Source: an uncultured Verrucomicrobiae bacterium (GTDB lineage Bacteria; Verrucomicrobiota; Verrucomicrobiia; Chthoniobacterales; Terrimicrobiaceae). Taken from it: a stretch of DNA of 64,000 nt. Where the stretch lies: contig CAVPOC010000006.1 in the NCBI GenBank assembly GCA_963706955.1, forward strand, positions 313,643-377,642, in the 5' to 3' direction. Position numbers and translations under genes: made by a program. Shown piece after piece: positions 17,763 to 28,723 of this stretch (the first letter of the stretch is position 1; every line of letters starts with the position of its first letter). The notes below the pieces were generated by a model. The model made no database searches. It was given only the letters and a program-made list of their open reading frames with translations, and was not told the DNA's origin.

Positions 17763-18733
17763 CTGGACGCCAGTTGAGAGTTCATAGTTAAGAGTTGAGA
17801 GGGCAAGTGCATTTTGCGCGCACTGGCGGGTAAATGAACCTGCGAGGTTAGCACTTCTTCTAACGCCTGCGAAATTGCGGAGCGAAACTCCGAATCCTCT
17901 AAGTCGAATTACGCTATAATGGCATCCGACTGCGCGGGACAACATCGTCAGGTAGGTGCTAAACTATTTGCGCGGTTGGGATAGTTTCAGGAACGCGCTT
18001 GTCTTATTCGCGGGAAGTTGCAAAAAAATTAGCGGGTTGCCTCGCCATAGCAACGAAGTATGTCTGTAACTCGGCAACCCGCTTGACGTAAGCAGCCAGG
18101 GCGAACTGAGCTACCTACTTTCTGCTGTCGTGAACGGTGCGTGTCTACACAAGTTGCGGTTCTTCGAAAATCGGGGCAAGCCCTGTTAGAAGCCTCAGGC
18201 GTGGACCTCGCTTTCGAGAGTTGACGGTGGCTGAACAGGGCCCAAAATCTTGAGGAAGCGTCCAACCCAGAAGACCCGAAAGACCCAGACAGTTTGACGA
18301 CGGCTGCGGTCTTGCTGAAAAATTGTCGGGCCCATGTACAGATGTCACGGGCATTTGAGTTAAAGGATAACAACCTTTGCGACGCGCGCTTTGACACGCC
18401 AAGCCGGCCCACTGCCCCTATGGGCAGGCAGAGATTAGCAAGTTGAGGTTAAGGTTGCCCAAGGGTAGGTGTCGCCCCGTTTGCCCTGCTTGGTTAGCCT
18501 TGCGTAATTTCATGCCCGACAATGTGATATTCCGACAAGAAGTAATTATTTCTGGCCATCAACCGACTTGTCGAAGCGAGCACCCACTGATAATTTTCGA
18601 GGAGGGCGCCTGAGACCCGCCAGCCACGGTAGTTATCTTCAGGAGGATAGAGAATACCGATGAGAGGAGGACCCTGCGTCAGGGGTTCCACACTTTTGAT
18701 TTCTGAGAGTACAAACGTTTTCCGAGAAATGTC

Positions 18734-18760
18734 TTGCCAATGAACAGATGTTTATAGAAT
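18734..18760 (+). promoter_or_regulatory. Putative promoter/operator of the polyol operon
   Basis: TTGCCA...TAGAAT (15-bp spacer, suboptimal) enclosing the imperfect palindrome TGAACA-GA-TGTTTA. Confidence 0.45.
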
Positions 18761-19045
18761 TTCCCTCTCATCACCGGGAAGCAAAGCTGCCCTGTCAACG
18801 GAACGACGCCCCAGACAATCTCTCTAACCCGTTTGTGCGATCGGTATCGTCATGAAAAAACATGTCGCGACCCATGAAATAGGGCGAATGGCCGATTGCT
18901 CGATGGGTCGGAAATTGACCACAGACGAAGTGTGAAATCAAACTCACCTCTCCTATGCTGAAGTCCGAGTTCCTTTCGCGCCGGAAAGATCACCGTTCGG
19001 CCCTTCGCCCGTCTGAGTTGGCCGAGTCATTTGCCAGAAGTCCGT

Positions 19046-21124
19046 ATGCCGACTAACGATTTACTCTCGATCAATACGATTAGAACCCTGAGTATGGACG
19101 CCGTCCAGCAGGCGAACTCAGGGCATCCGGGGACGCCGATGGCTCTGGCTCCGGTGGCCTATCTTTTATGGCAAGAGTTCTTGAGGTTTGATCCAGAAGA
19201 TCCGATCTGGCCCAATCGCGACAGGTTTGTTCTCTCGGCGGGCCACGCTTCCACGCTGCTTTATTCCATTTTGCACCTGACCGGCGTGAAAGCCGTTAAT
19301 CGCAAATATGAAACCCTCGGAGAGCTTTCCGTTAGCCTTGATGATCTGAAGAAGTTCCGGCAATTGGAAAGCCGGTGTCCCGGGCACCCCGAATACCGTT
19401 GGACCTCGGGAGTGGAGACAACCACAGGACCGCTTGGCCAGGGAGTTGCGACCAGCGTCGGCATGGCCCTGGCCAGCCACTGGTTGGCTGCCCGCTACAA
19501 CAAGCCGAATTTCCCTCTCTTTGGATTCGACGTCTATGCGATTGCTGGCGACGGTTGCATGATGGAGGGCGTGAGTGGCGAAGCGGCCTCGCTGGCCGGT
19601 CACCTTGGTTTGTCGAACCTCTGCTGGATTTACGACAACAATCACATCACAATCGAAGGCCACACCAGTTTGGCTTTCTCCGAAGATGTAGCCGGTCGTT
19701 TCCTTGCCTATGGATGGAATGTGGAAAGGGTCTCAAACGCCAACGACTTGGACTTGCTCAGGGAAGCCTTTGGTCATTTCAAGAAGACCGTCGATCGGCC
19801 TACCCTGATCATCGTGGATAGCCACATCGGCTACGGCGCGCCCACCAAACAAGACACCAGCGCAGCACATGGCGAGCCGCTCGGCGAAGACGAGATCAGA
19901 GCGACCAAAAAACGTTATGGGTGGCCGGAGGATGCCAAGTTTCTGGTTCCTCCCGAGGTGCGGGAAGACTTCAAAGCAAAGCTCGGCGCTCGGGGCGCCA
20001 AACTGCGTGCCGAGTGGATGAGCTTGTTCTCCGCGTACGAAAGAGAATTTCCGGATCTCGCCGCCGAAACGCTGGCCATTCAGCGTCGTGAAGCGCCGAA
20101 AGGTTGGGATGCGGCGATACCCTCGTTCCCGACTGATGCCAAGGGGATCGCCAGTCGGGACTCTTCGGGCAAGGTGCTCAATGCCATTGCCAAGCAACAC
20201 CCCTGGCTTCTGGGTGGGTCGGCGGATCTTTCACCCTCCACCAAGACTCGGCTGACCTTCGACGGAGCGGGCGAGGTAAGTCGTAATTCGCTTGCGGGAA
20301 GGAATCTGCACTTCGGAGTGCGGGAGCACGCCATGGGATCGATCCTCAATGGATTGGCGCTGACCAAACTAAGGGCATTTGGCTCCGGCTTTCTCATCTT
20401 TAGCGATTATGGCAAGGGCGCCTTGCGCCTGGCGGCCATCATGGAGCTGCCCGTCATCTATGTGTTTACACATGACTCAATCGGCGTCGGGGAGGATGGT
20501 CCAACCCATCAACCGGTGGAGCATTTGGCCGCACTGCGTTCCATCCCGGGTCTGATCGATATGCGGCCGTGCGATGCCAATGAAGTTGCCGAAGCATGGC
20601 GCGTCATCATCGAACTCAAGCACGAACCGGTGGCGCTAATCCTAAGTCGGCAAGCTCTCCCCACGCTCGACCGATCGAAGTATGCACCCGCCTCCGAACT
20701 TAGACGAGGAGGCTATGTGCTCCGGGATGCCGGCAACGGAAAACCCGATGTGCTTCTCATCGCGACCGGCAGCGAAGTGTCTCTCTGCACGGCGGCACAG
20801 GAAGAGTTGGCGAAAGAAGGCGTCCACGCTCGGGTCATTAGCATGCCGTCGTGGAAACTTTTTGAAGACCAGGACGAGGCCTATCGAGAGTCCGTCATTC
20901 CCTCGGAGGTCCGCGCGCGAGTCTCCGTCGAGCTGGCAGCCAGGTTTGGTTGGGAGCGGTATGTCGGCATCGATGGCGAGCGCATCGGTATGAGAACTTT
21001 CGGAGAATCGGCACCTCTCCAGAAACTAGCGCAAAAATTCGGCTTCACAGTCGATGCCGTCGTGACCGCCGCTCGCGATCAGATAAACAAGAATAAGCCA
21101 AATCACAACAAGCAGCAAAATTGA
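19046..21124 (+). CDS. tkt: Transketolase
   Basis: DAVQQANSGHPG, NRDRFVLSAGH, ETTTGPLGQG, GDGCMMEG, THDSIGVGEDGPTHQP. Confidence 0.97.
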   Translation: MPTNDLLSINTIRTLSMDAVQQANSGHPGTPMALAPVAYLLWQEFLRFDPEDPIWPNRDRFVLSAGHASTLLYSILHLTGVKAVNRKYETLGELSVSLDDLKKFRQLESRCPGHPEYRWTSGVETTTGPLGQGVATSVGMALASHWLAARYNKPNFPLFGFDVYAIAGDGCMMEGVSGEAASLAGHLGLSNLCWIYDNNHITIEGHTSLAFSEDVAGRFLAYGWNVERVSNANDLDLLREAFGHFKKTVDRPTLIIVDSHIGYGAPTKQDTSAAHGEPLGEDEIRATKKRYGWPEDAKFLVPPEVREDFKAKLGARGAKLRAEWMSLFSAYEREFPDLAAETLAIQRREAPKGWDAAIPSFPTDAKGIASRDSSGKVLNAIAKQHPWLLGGSADLSPSTKTRLTFDGAGEVSRNSLAGRNLHFGVREHAMGSILNGLALTKLRAFGSGFLIFSDYGKGALRLAAIMELPVIYVFTHDSIGVGEDGPTHQPVEHLAALRSIPGLIDMRPCDANEVAEAWRVIIELKHEPVALILSRQALPTLDRSKYAPASELRRGGYVLRDAGNGKPDVLLIATGSEVSLCTAAQEELAKEGVHARVISMPSWKLFEDQDEAYRESVIPSEVRARVSVELAARFGWERYVGIDGERIGMRTFGESAPLQKLAQKFGFTVDAVVTAARDQINKNKPNHNKQQN

Positions 21125-21239
21125 GCCTCTCCACCGCCTAAGCTAATGCTGGCACTCTTAGCGCTGGCATCCTTCGCGAAGAATCGACCCGATGTCTTTA
21201 TCAACGATCCAAACAGAAACAAATCAATCCTCTCAGAGC

Positions 21240-22628
21240 ATGAAAGTTCCAAAGCAAAAGTGCCACGGCTTAGTGGCAAGTACGGCCCTCTCGCTTAGTC
21301 TCGCAGTCACCTCGGTCGGCGTTCCGCGAGTGAACGCTGCGGATTTCGACTGGAAACAGGCCTCCGGCGCGACTCTTAATGTTGCCTTCAACCAGCATCC
21401 CTATGCGGATGCGATTATTCAGCGATTACCGCAGTTTAAAGAACTGACCGGGATTGATGTGAAGCATGAACTAACCCCCGAAGAAAACTACTTCGACAAG
21501 GTGACTACCCAGCTCTCCGCGGGCACCGGCGTGCCGGATGTTTTCATGACCGGGGCCTACCAAATGTGGGATTATGCCAGTGCCAAACGCATCGAGCCGC
21601 TCGACGACCTGCTGAACGATCCATCGGCCACCAGTCCTGACTACAACCCGAAAGACATCTTCGAAGGCGTTTTCAATGCCGGGAAGTGGGACCTCAAGCC
21701 GGGATCTCCTCCGGGGACCGGAAAGTTGTGGTGCCTGCCGCTCGGCTTCGAAATGTACTGCCTGACCTACAACAAGAAGTACTTCGATGAGAAGGGAATT
21801 AAGGTCCCGACAACCTTGGATGAGCTCTCCGAGCTGGCGGTCAAACTCAAAGATTGGAACGGTCCGGGATCGTACGGGGTAGCTGTTCGAGGCACTCGCA
21901 ACTGGGCGACAATCCATCCCGGGTATATGAGCAGTTTTGTTAGCGCCGGAGCCAAGGATTTCGTCGTCGAGGGGGGCAAGCTGATGTCGGCGCTGGGATC
22001 GCCGGATTCCGTCGAATTGACCAAAAAGTTTGCCGACATGATTAAGAAAGGGGGACCTCCTGGATGGTCGAACTATACGTGGTATCAGTGTGGTGCCGAT
22101 TTGGGCGCCGGAAAGGCTGCCATTCTCTACGACGCTGATATTCTTGGTTACTTTAACAACGTTCCTGGAAGCTCGAGCCAGGCTGGCAATCTCGCCTTTG
22201 CTCCGCCGGTCGTATCGAAAGCAGGCGAGCAACCGATGTCGAACGAATGGGTCTGGCAGTTGGCGATGAATAGCACCTCGAAGAATAAGAAGGCCGCCTG
22301 GCTCTTCATCCAGTATTTCACCGGACCGGAGTTTACCCTCTGGGCGGCGGTGAATGCTAAGACAGTCGATCCCGCTCGCCAATCGGTCTGGGACAATCAG
22401 GAATTCAAAGACAAGATCGGCAAAGTGCCCGGTTACTATGATTCCTTCACCAAGACCATTCCTAATACCGGAATCAAATTCACTCCACAACCTTACTTCA
22501 TCCAGTCGACGACCGAGTGGGCGGCGACACTGCAGAAGATCGTTCTGTCGGGGGCGGATCCTAAGTCGGCGATGGACAGCCTCGCCAAGAAGATCAGCCG
22601 CGACACCTCGAAGCTAAAGCTCGACTGA
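21240..22628 (+). CDS. Sugar/polyol ABC transporter substrate-binding protein (CUT1)
   Basis: Signal peptide; FDWKQASGATLNV, FKELTGIDVK, SKNKKAAWLFIQY; first gene of the ABC cluster. Confidence 0.9.
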   Translation: MKVPKQKCHGLVASTALSLSLAVTSVGVPRVNAADFDWKQASGATLNVAFNQHPYADAIIQRLPQFKELTGIDVKHELTPEENYFDKVTTQLSAGTGVPDVFMTGAYQMWDYASAKRIEPLDDLLNDPSATSPDYNPKDIFEGVFNAGKWDLKPGSPPGTGKLWCLPLGFEMYCLTYNKKYFDEKGIKVPTTLDELSELAVKLKDWNGPGSYGVAVRGTRNWATIHPGYMSSFVSAGAKDFVVEGGKLMSALGSPDSVELTKKFADMIKKGGPPGWSNYTWYQCGADLGAGKAAILYDADILGYFNNVPGSSSQAGNLAFAPPVVSKAGEQPMSNEWVWQLAMNSTSKNKKAAWLFIQYFTGPEFTLWAAVNAKTVDPARQSVWDNQEFKDKIGKVPGYYDSFTKTIPNTGIKFTPQPYFIQSTTEWAATLQKIVLSGADPKSAMDSLAKKISRDTSKLKLD

Positions 22629-22633
22629 AAAGT

Positions 22634-22690
22634 GTTCCCCGTTTGATGGCGGCAGGGCAAGTTCATCGCTTGCCCGCCGCCACAGGGAAC
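22634..22690 (+). other. Intercistronic stem-loop after the SBP gene
   Basis: TGGCGGCAGGGCAAG...CTTGCCCGCCGCCA flanked by TTCCC/GGGAA. No U-tract, so more like an mRNA-stabilising hairpin than a terminator. Confidence 0.55.
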
Positions 22691-22761
22691 CCATCAACAC
22701 TCGATCAAACGATTAGCTTTCTGCTCACTTTCATGCGCGACATAGGCGCTTAATCACGGAC

Positions 22762-23703
22762 ATGAGCACAGCCACATCGACCCCGCCACGCACTGGAACT
22801 CTTTCGGAAGCGGGAGAAAAGTATGCACGCCAGAAGGCGCTTCGGCCCTACCTGGTGCTGGCCCCCTCGTTTCTGCTCACGATCGGCATCCTCATCCCGT
22901 TCTTCGTTGCCATCTTTTATTCTTTCACCGACCTCACGCTGAGAAGTCCCGATTTCGAGATGGTCGGTTTTCAAAACTACATCGACACCTTTACCAACCC
23001 GGACTTCTGGCATTCGGTGGGCGTGACGTTGCGGTATGCCTTCTTTGCCACGGGAATCGAGATGGTTCTCGGCATGATCATCGCGCTCCTGCTCAATCAC
23101 GAGAACGCATTCTCGAGGTTTTTGCGGCTGGTGCTGATTTTTCCGCTGATGATCGCACCGGTCATCGGCGCTCTGATCTGGCTCCTCATCACCAATCCAT
23201 CCGTCGGTATTCTTCGTATACCCCTTAGCTGGATCGGGCTGGGCGACTTCCGCTGGAGCGCCGATCCGGACTGGGCGCTCTTCTCGCTGATTATCATTGA
23301 TGTGTGGATTTACACACCTTTTGTGGTCATCCTCGTTCTGGCAGGCCTGCGATCGCTGCCAAAGTCTCCTTACGAATCTGCGCTCATCGATGGAGGCTCC
23401 GCCTGGTTTGTCTATTGGAATCTGACCCTGCCGATGCTGGCGCCAGTGCTTTTAATTGCCCTGGTCTTTCGCTTGATGACTTCGTTGCAAGAATTCGGCA
23501 TTATTTTTGCCACGACCAAGGGCGGACCTGGCGATCGGACGCTCAGCGTGGCGGTGGCCTCCTACAATGAAGCCTTCCCTTATTATAATCTGAGCGGTGC
23601 GATTCCGATGCTGCTCTTTCTCTGGTTCATCATTTACGTGATTTGCTTCATCCTGATTGGCTTCTGGAAGAAAGCACAGAAAGCAGCATCTGGTGCGGTC
23701 TAA
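22762..23703 (+). CDS. Sugar ABC transporter permease (MalF-type)
   Basis: VGFQNY, DVWIYTPF, EAA-like loop PYESALIDGGS. Confidence 0.92.
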   Translation: MSTATSTPPRTGTLSEAGEKYARQKALRPYLVLAPSFLLTIGILIPFFVAIFYSFTDLTLRSPDFEMVGFQNYIDTFTNPDFWHSVGVTLRYAFFATGIEMVLGMIIALLLNHENAFSRFLRLVLIFPLMIAPVIGALIWLLITNPSVGILRIPLSWIGLGDFRWSADPDWALFSLIIIDVWIYTPFVVILVLAGLRSLPKSPYESALIDGGSAWFVYWNLTLPMLAPVLLIALVFRLMTSLQEFGIIFATTKGGPGDRTLSVAVASYNEAFPYYNLSGAIPMLLFLWFIIYVICFILIGFWKKAQKAASGAV

Positions 23704-23706
23704 TGT

Positions 23707-24540
23707 ATGGATAGCGACAAAGGCATACTCGGTTTGCTCGGTCCCATCTTGAGGAACGTTATTTTGTTTCTCTATGCGCTCTTCGCGTTGTTTCCGCTCA
23801 TCTGGATGGTGATTCTCTCGTTCAAGCCGGACGAGCAAATGTTTACGACCACCTTCATTTTCACGCCCACGCTTGAGAATTTTCGAGCGGTGCTAGGCGA
23901 CGGGGGCTTTATTCGCTCTCTCTGGAACAATCTTGTGGTGAGCGGTCTTGCGGTGGCACTCTCCCTTATCGTAGGAGTCCCCGCAGCCTATGCGCTGGGA
24001 AGATACCAATTTAAGGGCAGGGAGGACATCGCCTTCACTTTCCTCTCATTTCGCTTCGCCCCGGAGATTCTGGTCATCATTCCTCTTTATCTCATCTATC
24101 AAAAGTTGGGTCTGATCGACAGCGTGTTCGGGCTGATTTGGGTCTATCAACTTATCAGTCTTCCGCTGCTGATTTGGATCCTGCGAGGATTCTTCGAAGA
24201 TATCTCGCCCGATATTGAAGGAGCGGCGCAGCTGGACGGGTATTCCTGGTGGCAGGTCTTCTTTAAGGTTCTCTTGCCCATGGTAAAGCCGGGCATAGTC
24301 GCTGCCGCGCTTCTCTGCTTTATCTTCTGTTGGAATTCCTTCACGTTTGCCCTGCAGCTTGGTGGCGCCTCCACCCAGACCTCGACGGTATCCATGACCC
24401 GGTTCTTGGCATCCGACACCGTCCACTATGGGTGGGTAGCTGCGGCCGCGCTTCTCGCCGCGCTTCCTGAAGTGATTCTTGCCCTCCTCATTCAGAAGCA
24501 CCTGGTCCGCGGTCTGTCGTTTGGTGCGGTGAAAGGTTAA
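23707..24540 (+). CDS. Sugar ABC transporter permease (MalG-type)
   Basis: PTLENF, PAAYAL, IEGAAQLDG, QKHLVRGLSFGAVKG. Confidence 0.92.
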   Translation: MDSDKGILGLLGPILRNVILFLYALFALFPLIWMVILSFKPDEQMFTTTFIFTPTLENFRAVLGDGGFIRSLWNNLVVSGLAVALSLIVGVPAAYALGRYQFKGREDIAFTFLSFRFAPEILVIIPLYLIYQKLGLIDSVFGLIWVYQLISLPLLIWILRGFFEDISPDIEGAAQLDGYSWWQVFFKVLLPMVKPGIVAAALLCFIFCWNSFTFALQLGGASTQTSTVSMTRFLASDTVHYGWVAAAALLAALPEVILALLIQKHLVRGLSFGAVKG

Positions 24541-24545
24541 GATTT

Positions 24546-25679
24546 ATGGCCAGCGTCGAACTACAAGGACTGACGAAATTCTATCACAAGCGTCGTGGGG
24601 TGGAAAACCTCAGCATCGACATCCACGACAAGGAGTTCATGGCGGTATTCGGACCTGCCGGCGCGGGAAAGACGACGACCCTAAATTTGGTAGCCGGGAT
24701 CGTCACGCCCAATAGCGGAACGGTCAAGCTTGGCGGCCGTGATATCGGCGGGCTGGAGCCCGCCGACCGGAACGTGGCTATGGTTTTCGAAAGCTACGCT
24801 CTCTATCCGCAGTTCAACGTCTATGACAATATGGCGTTTCCCTTGCGGAGTCCAAAGTTCAAGATGCCGGAAGACAAAATCAAGGAGCGGGTCACGCATC
24901 ACGCCAAGGTCATGCGGATAGACCACCTCCTGCAGCGACCAATTCAGGCGTTGAGCAATGGACAGCGGCAGCGCACGGCATTGGGCCGCGCACTCGTGCG
25001 CAACCCCGATGTCTTCTTGCTCGATGAACCCCTCAGCCATCTCGATGCCAAGCTTCGACACTCCATGCGCGCTGAGCTCAAGGAGATGCGCACGCAGCTC
25101 GGGGCGACGACGATTTATGTGACCCACGATTACCTCGAGGCCATGAGCCTGGGAGATCGCGTTGCCGTCCTTAATGAAGGCCACCTTTTGCAGCTTGCCA
25201 GTCCGGACGACGTTTACTTTCGTCCGGCATCCGTTGACGTCGCCAAGTTCTTTGGCGACCCAGAGGTGAATATTTTCGATGCGACTTTGAAGACGTCGGG
25301 CGGTTCGCAAATTTCAGTCCAAATGCTCGGAGAAAACATACCACTGGCTCTCCCCCCGGATGTCGTTCAAATCCTGAACGAGAAGCATACGAGCAAGATT
25401 CAGGTGGGGGTGCGCCCGCCAGATGTTCGGATCGCTCAGGAGGGAGACAAGCAGGCATTTCACGCCACCATCTACAGCTTCGAACCGTTGGGAACCAAAT
25501 CGATTCTTACCCTCAAGGCAGTGGACGGCAGCTTCCTAAGAGCTCTTGTTGATGGACATCTAACCTTTGAAATAGATCGGCGGACGCAGTTCCGAATCGA
25601 TCCTCATCTGCTCATCATCTTCGATGCGCAAAGTCAAAAGTTTTTGGCACGCTCGACAGAGTCAATCGAGAATTCCTAA
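24546..25679 (+). CDS. Sugar ABC transporter ATP-binding protein 1
   Basis: GPAGAGKT, YALYP, LSNGQRQR, LLDEPLSHLDAKLR. Confidence 0.92.
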   Translation: MASVELQGLTKFYHKRRGVENLSIDIHDKEFMAVFGPAGAGKTTTLNLVAGIVTPNSGTVKLGGRDIGGLEPADRNVAMVFESYALYPQFNVYDNMAFPLRSPKFKMPEDKIKERVTHHAKVMRIDHLLQRPIQALSNGQRQRTALGRALVRNPDVFLLDEPLSHLDAKLRHSMRAELKEMRTQLGATTIYVTHDYLEAMSLGDRVAVLNEGHLLQLASPDDVYFRPASVDVAKFFGDPEVNIFDATLKTSGGSQISVQMLGENIPLALPPDVVQILNEKHTSKIQVGVRPPDVRIAQEGDKQAFHATIYSFEPLGTKSILTLKAVDGSFLRALVDGHLTFEIDRRTQFRIDPHLLIIFDAQSQKFLARSTESIENS

Positions 25680-25682
25680 GCA

Positions 25683-26771
25683 ATGGCTGAGCTTCTTTAC
25701 AAAAAGCTGGTCAAGCAATATCGACCGGACTTGCCGCCGGCTCTCGACCGGCTCGACCTCAATATTCGCGACGGAGAATTCATCGCGCTCCTGGGACCTT
25801 CCGGATGTGGCAAGTCAACCACCCTTCGGATGACGGCCGGATTGGAGTCTGTCTCCGACGGGCAAATTGTCATTGGAGGCAAGGTCGTCAACAATACGCA
25901 TCCTAAGGATCGGGGGATCGGTTTAGCCTTCGAGAACTACGCACTATATCCCCCATTGACGGTTCGAGATAACCTCGCCTTCAATTTGAAAGCGCATGGA
26001 ATCAAGCAGGCGGAGATTGACAAGCGCGTCGCCGAAATCGCCAAGTATCTGCATGTAGAGGAACTCCTCGACTTGAAGCCAGCTGCGCTCAGCAGCGGCC
26101 AAAAGCAGCGCGTCAATATCGCGCGTGCTTTGATCCGCCGCCCCGCTGTCTTGCTGCTGGATGAGCCGCTCAGCCATTTGGACGCCGCTCTCCGCGTCAA
26201 AATGCGCACGGAGATCAAGCGGCTTCACACCGAGCAACGGTTTACGACGATTATTGTCACGCACGATCAGCTCGAAGCAATGGCACTAGCTGATCGAATC
26301 GCCGTCCTCAACGATGGCAAACTTCAACAATTCGACACACCGTTGCAGGTCTTTAATCATCCCGCGAATGAGTTTGTTGCCGGGTTTCTCGGTGAGCCTC
26401 CGATGAACATTTTCGCGGTCAAGGGCGATTCGAATCGTCGGCTCGTCGTCCCGGGCACCGAATTCTCGCTTCCGATCACGGACTACGTTGGCCGGTTGCT
26501 CGGAGACCGCAAGTCGGCGCGCCTCGGTGTCCGGCCATGGGGGATCCACGTTAGCCAGACACCGTCGGAGGTTACCGTTCCGGGGACGGTTTCTGTTGTG
26601 GAAAACCTCGGAGACGAAACGCGCGTCGGTGTCCGTTATGGTGACATGCTCTTGATGGCGAGCACCGACATGACCCGAATCTACAAGCCTGGAAGCAAGG
26701 TGCACCTTACCTTCGAGGATGAAGATATTAACCTCTTTGATGAGGATACCGGAGAACGACTCACAGCGTAG
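25683..26771 (+). CDS. Sugar ABC transporter ATP-binding protein 2
   Basis: GPSGCGKS, LSSGQKQR, LLDEPLSHLD, VTHDQLEA. Confidence 0.92.
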   Translation: MAELLYKKLVKQYRPDLPPALDRLDLNIRDGEFIALLGPSGCGKSTTLRMTAGLESVSDGQIVIGGKVVNNTHPKDRGIGLAFENYALYPPLTVRDNLAFNLKAHGIKQAEIDKRVAEIAKYLHVEELLDLKPAALSSGQKQRVNIARALIRRPAVLLLDEPLSHLDAALRVKMRTEIKRLHTEQRFTTIIVTHDQLEAMALADRIAVLNDGKLQQFDTPLQVFNHPANEFVAGFLGEPPMNIFAVKGDSNRRLVVPGTEFSLPITDYVGRLLGDRKSARLGVRPWGIHVSQTPSEVTVPGTVSVVENLGDETRVGVRYGDMLLMASTDMTRIYKPGSKVHLTFEDEDINLFDEDTGERLTA

Positions 26772-26930
26772 CTGAAGACTCTGAGAATCAGCGATCGATG
26801 ACAACTTGAAAGACGAGAGTTGGTGCTCGATGTTTCTACTGAAAAGGTAGTGAAATAAGGGACAACCAACTTCAAGAAACGACGAAAAGTCACCCAACAA
26901 AGAACTACTTCTGAACAGGAGAATTTTATT

Positions 26931-28076
26931 ATGAGTACAGCAACAGTGACTCCAACAACTGGCCAGGCTGAAACGACGCGTCCGGGCGTGATCGGAGGCG
27001 ACCTGCCCGAGACGATGCGCGCCCTGGTTGTTTATGGTCCCGGAGATTATCGACTCGAAACCGTTCCCGTTCCGCGAGCCACCCCTGACGACATCATCGT
27101 CAAGGTCGAAGCGTGTGGAATATGTGCAGGCGACATCAAGACATACCTGGGAGCGGAATCGTTCTGGGGAGGCGGAGGGCAGCCCAAGTACATCAAAGAG
27201 CCGATGATTCCCGGTCACGAGTTCGTGGGCATCGTCGTCGAACTGGGCGAAAATGCCGCCAAGAAGGACCATGTGAAGATCGGCGATCGTCTGATCTCGG
27301 AGCAAATCGTTCCGTGCTGGGATTGCCGATTTTGCAAGCAGGGCGAGTATTGGATGTGCGAGAAGCACGATGTCTACGGCTTCCAGAACAACGTGAATGG
27401 CGCCTTTGCGGAATACATGCGGTATCCAAAAGAGGCCATTAACCACCAGGTTCCCAACGACTTGCCGCTCGAGAAGGCGATTCTCGTCGAACCCTACGCA
27501 TGTTCAGCTTATTGCGTCCAGCGGGCGAACATTCATTGGGATGATGTGGTCGTTCTTGCCGGTGCCGGAACGCTTGGCCTGGGAATGGTCGGATGCGCCA
27601 AGCTCAAAAGCCCATTGAAACTCGTCGTGATGGATACCAAACCTGAGCGACTCGAACTGGCTAAGAAATTCGGCGCTGACGTGGTGTTGAATCCGCTCGT
27701 CGACGACGTTGTCAAGATCGTCAAGGATATGACGAACGGTTACGGCTGCGATGTCTACATCGAAGCCACCGGCCATCCCAATGCGGTCGTCCAGGGGCTT
27801 CAGATGATCCGCAAACTCGGCCGCTTCGTTGAATTCAGCGTCTTCGCTCACGACGTGACGGTTGATTGGAGCATCATTTCAGACCGCAAACAATTGGATG
27901 TTCTGGGTGTTCATCTCGGCCCATATCAGTATCGGTTCGTCATTGATGCCATCGCCAGGGACCGCATCCCGACAGAGGGAGTGGTCACCCACAAACTACC
28001 GCTCGAGAAATTCGAAGAGGGGTTTGATATGATGAAGAAAGGGGACAAGTCTCTCAAAATCCTTCTCATCCCATAA
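26931..28076 (+). CDS. Zn-dependent polyol dehydrogenase, erythritol/L-threitol dehydrogenase (EltD)-like
   Basis: MDR motifs CGICAGD, PGHEF, CWDCRFC..C, GAGTLG. The FWG insert and DWSIISDRKQLDVLG recall EltD-type enzymes. Confidence 0.85.
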   Translation: MSTATVTPTTGQAETTRPGVIGGDLPETMRALVVYGPGDYRLETVPVPRATPDDIIVKVEACGICAGDIKTYLGAESFWGGGGQPKYIKEPMIPGHEFVGIVVELGENAAKKDHVKIGDRLISEQIVPCWDCRFCKQGEYWMCEKHDVYGFQNNVNGAFAEYMRYPKEAINHQVPNDLPLEKAILVEPYACSAYCVQRANIHWDDVVVLAGAGTLGLGMVGCAKLKSPLKLVVMDTKPERLELAKKFGADVVLNPLVDDVVKIVKDMTNGYGCDVYIEATGHPNAVVQGLQMIRKLGRFVEFSVFAHDVTVDWSIISDRKQLDVLGVHLGPYQYRFVIDAIARDRIPTEGVVTHKLPLEKFEEGFDMMKKGDKSLKILLIP

Positions 28077-28224
28077 TGCGCCCAGGGCGCGTACATTGAA
28101 ACCGATCTAAGCTTCGCGGGCGGAGCGGACCTTCGCCCGTGAGCGAGGAAGCAAGGCAGGCTAAAGCTACGTGTAGCCGGCCGCGGAGGAATGTTAGCAT
28201 AAAGACGCTTAAGGAAAACAGTAT

Positions 28225-28698
28225 ATGAGTTCGTCCAAATTTTCGATTGCGCTGGGCTGCGACGAGGCGGCGTACAATCTCAAGGAAACGGTGCGCTCCT
28301 ATTTGGAAAAGCAGGGGCATACCATTAAGGATTACGGAGTCTACAACACCGAGCCGTCGTTGTATCCAAACATTGCATTAGAGGTTTCCAGTGCCGTGGC
28401 CGACGGCCAGCACGAACGCGCGATTCTTATGTGCGGCACGGGAATTGGCATGGCCATCACCGCTAACAAAGTTCCAGGAATTCGCGCCGCGGTCTGTCAC
28501 GATGTTTATTCGGCCGAGCGGGCCCGCAAGAGCAACGATTGCCAGGTGATGGCCCTCGGGGCTCGCGTGGTCGGGGAAGAGTACGCGAAACGGCTGGTGG
28601 ATTCCTGGCTGGATAGCGATTTTGAGGGAGGCAAGTCGGCCGCCAAAGTCGAGCGAATCAAGGAAATCGAACAAGAATTTACCAGCACGAAGAAATAG
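28225..28698 (+). CDS. rpiB: RpiB/LacAB-family sugar-phosphate isomerase (possibly DerI)
   Basis: ILMCGTGIGMAITANKVPGIRAAVCHD, SAERARKSND, LGARVVG. Confidence 0.9.
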   Translation: MSSSKFSIALGCDEAAYNLKETVRSYLEKQGHTIKDYGVYNTEPSLYPNIALEVSSAVADGQHERAILMCGTGIGMAITANKVPGIRAAVCHDVYSAERARKSNDCQVMALGARVVGEEYAKRLVDSWLDSDFEGGKSAAKVERIKEIEQEFTSTKK

Positions 28699-28723
28699 AA
28701 TTTTCCTTAACCTCAGAACATCT

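Noticed and set aside
18494..18691. Short ORF upstream of tkt
   Set aside because: No recognisable motif or RBS; cannot be distinguished from a chance ORF.
26286..27446. Long antisense ORFs (e.g. 26286-27446, 21471-22490, 45307-46236, 28748-29593)
   Set aside because: Shadow ORFs opposite well-supported genes in GC-rich DNA, with no recognisable motifs.
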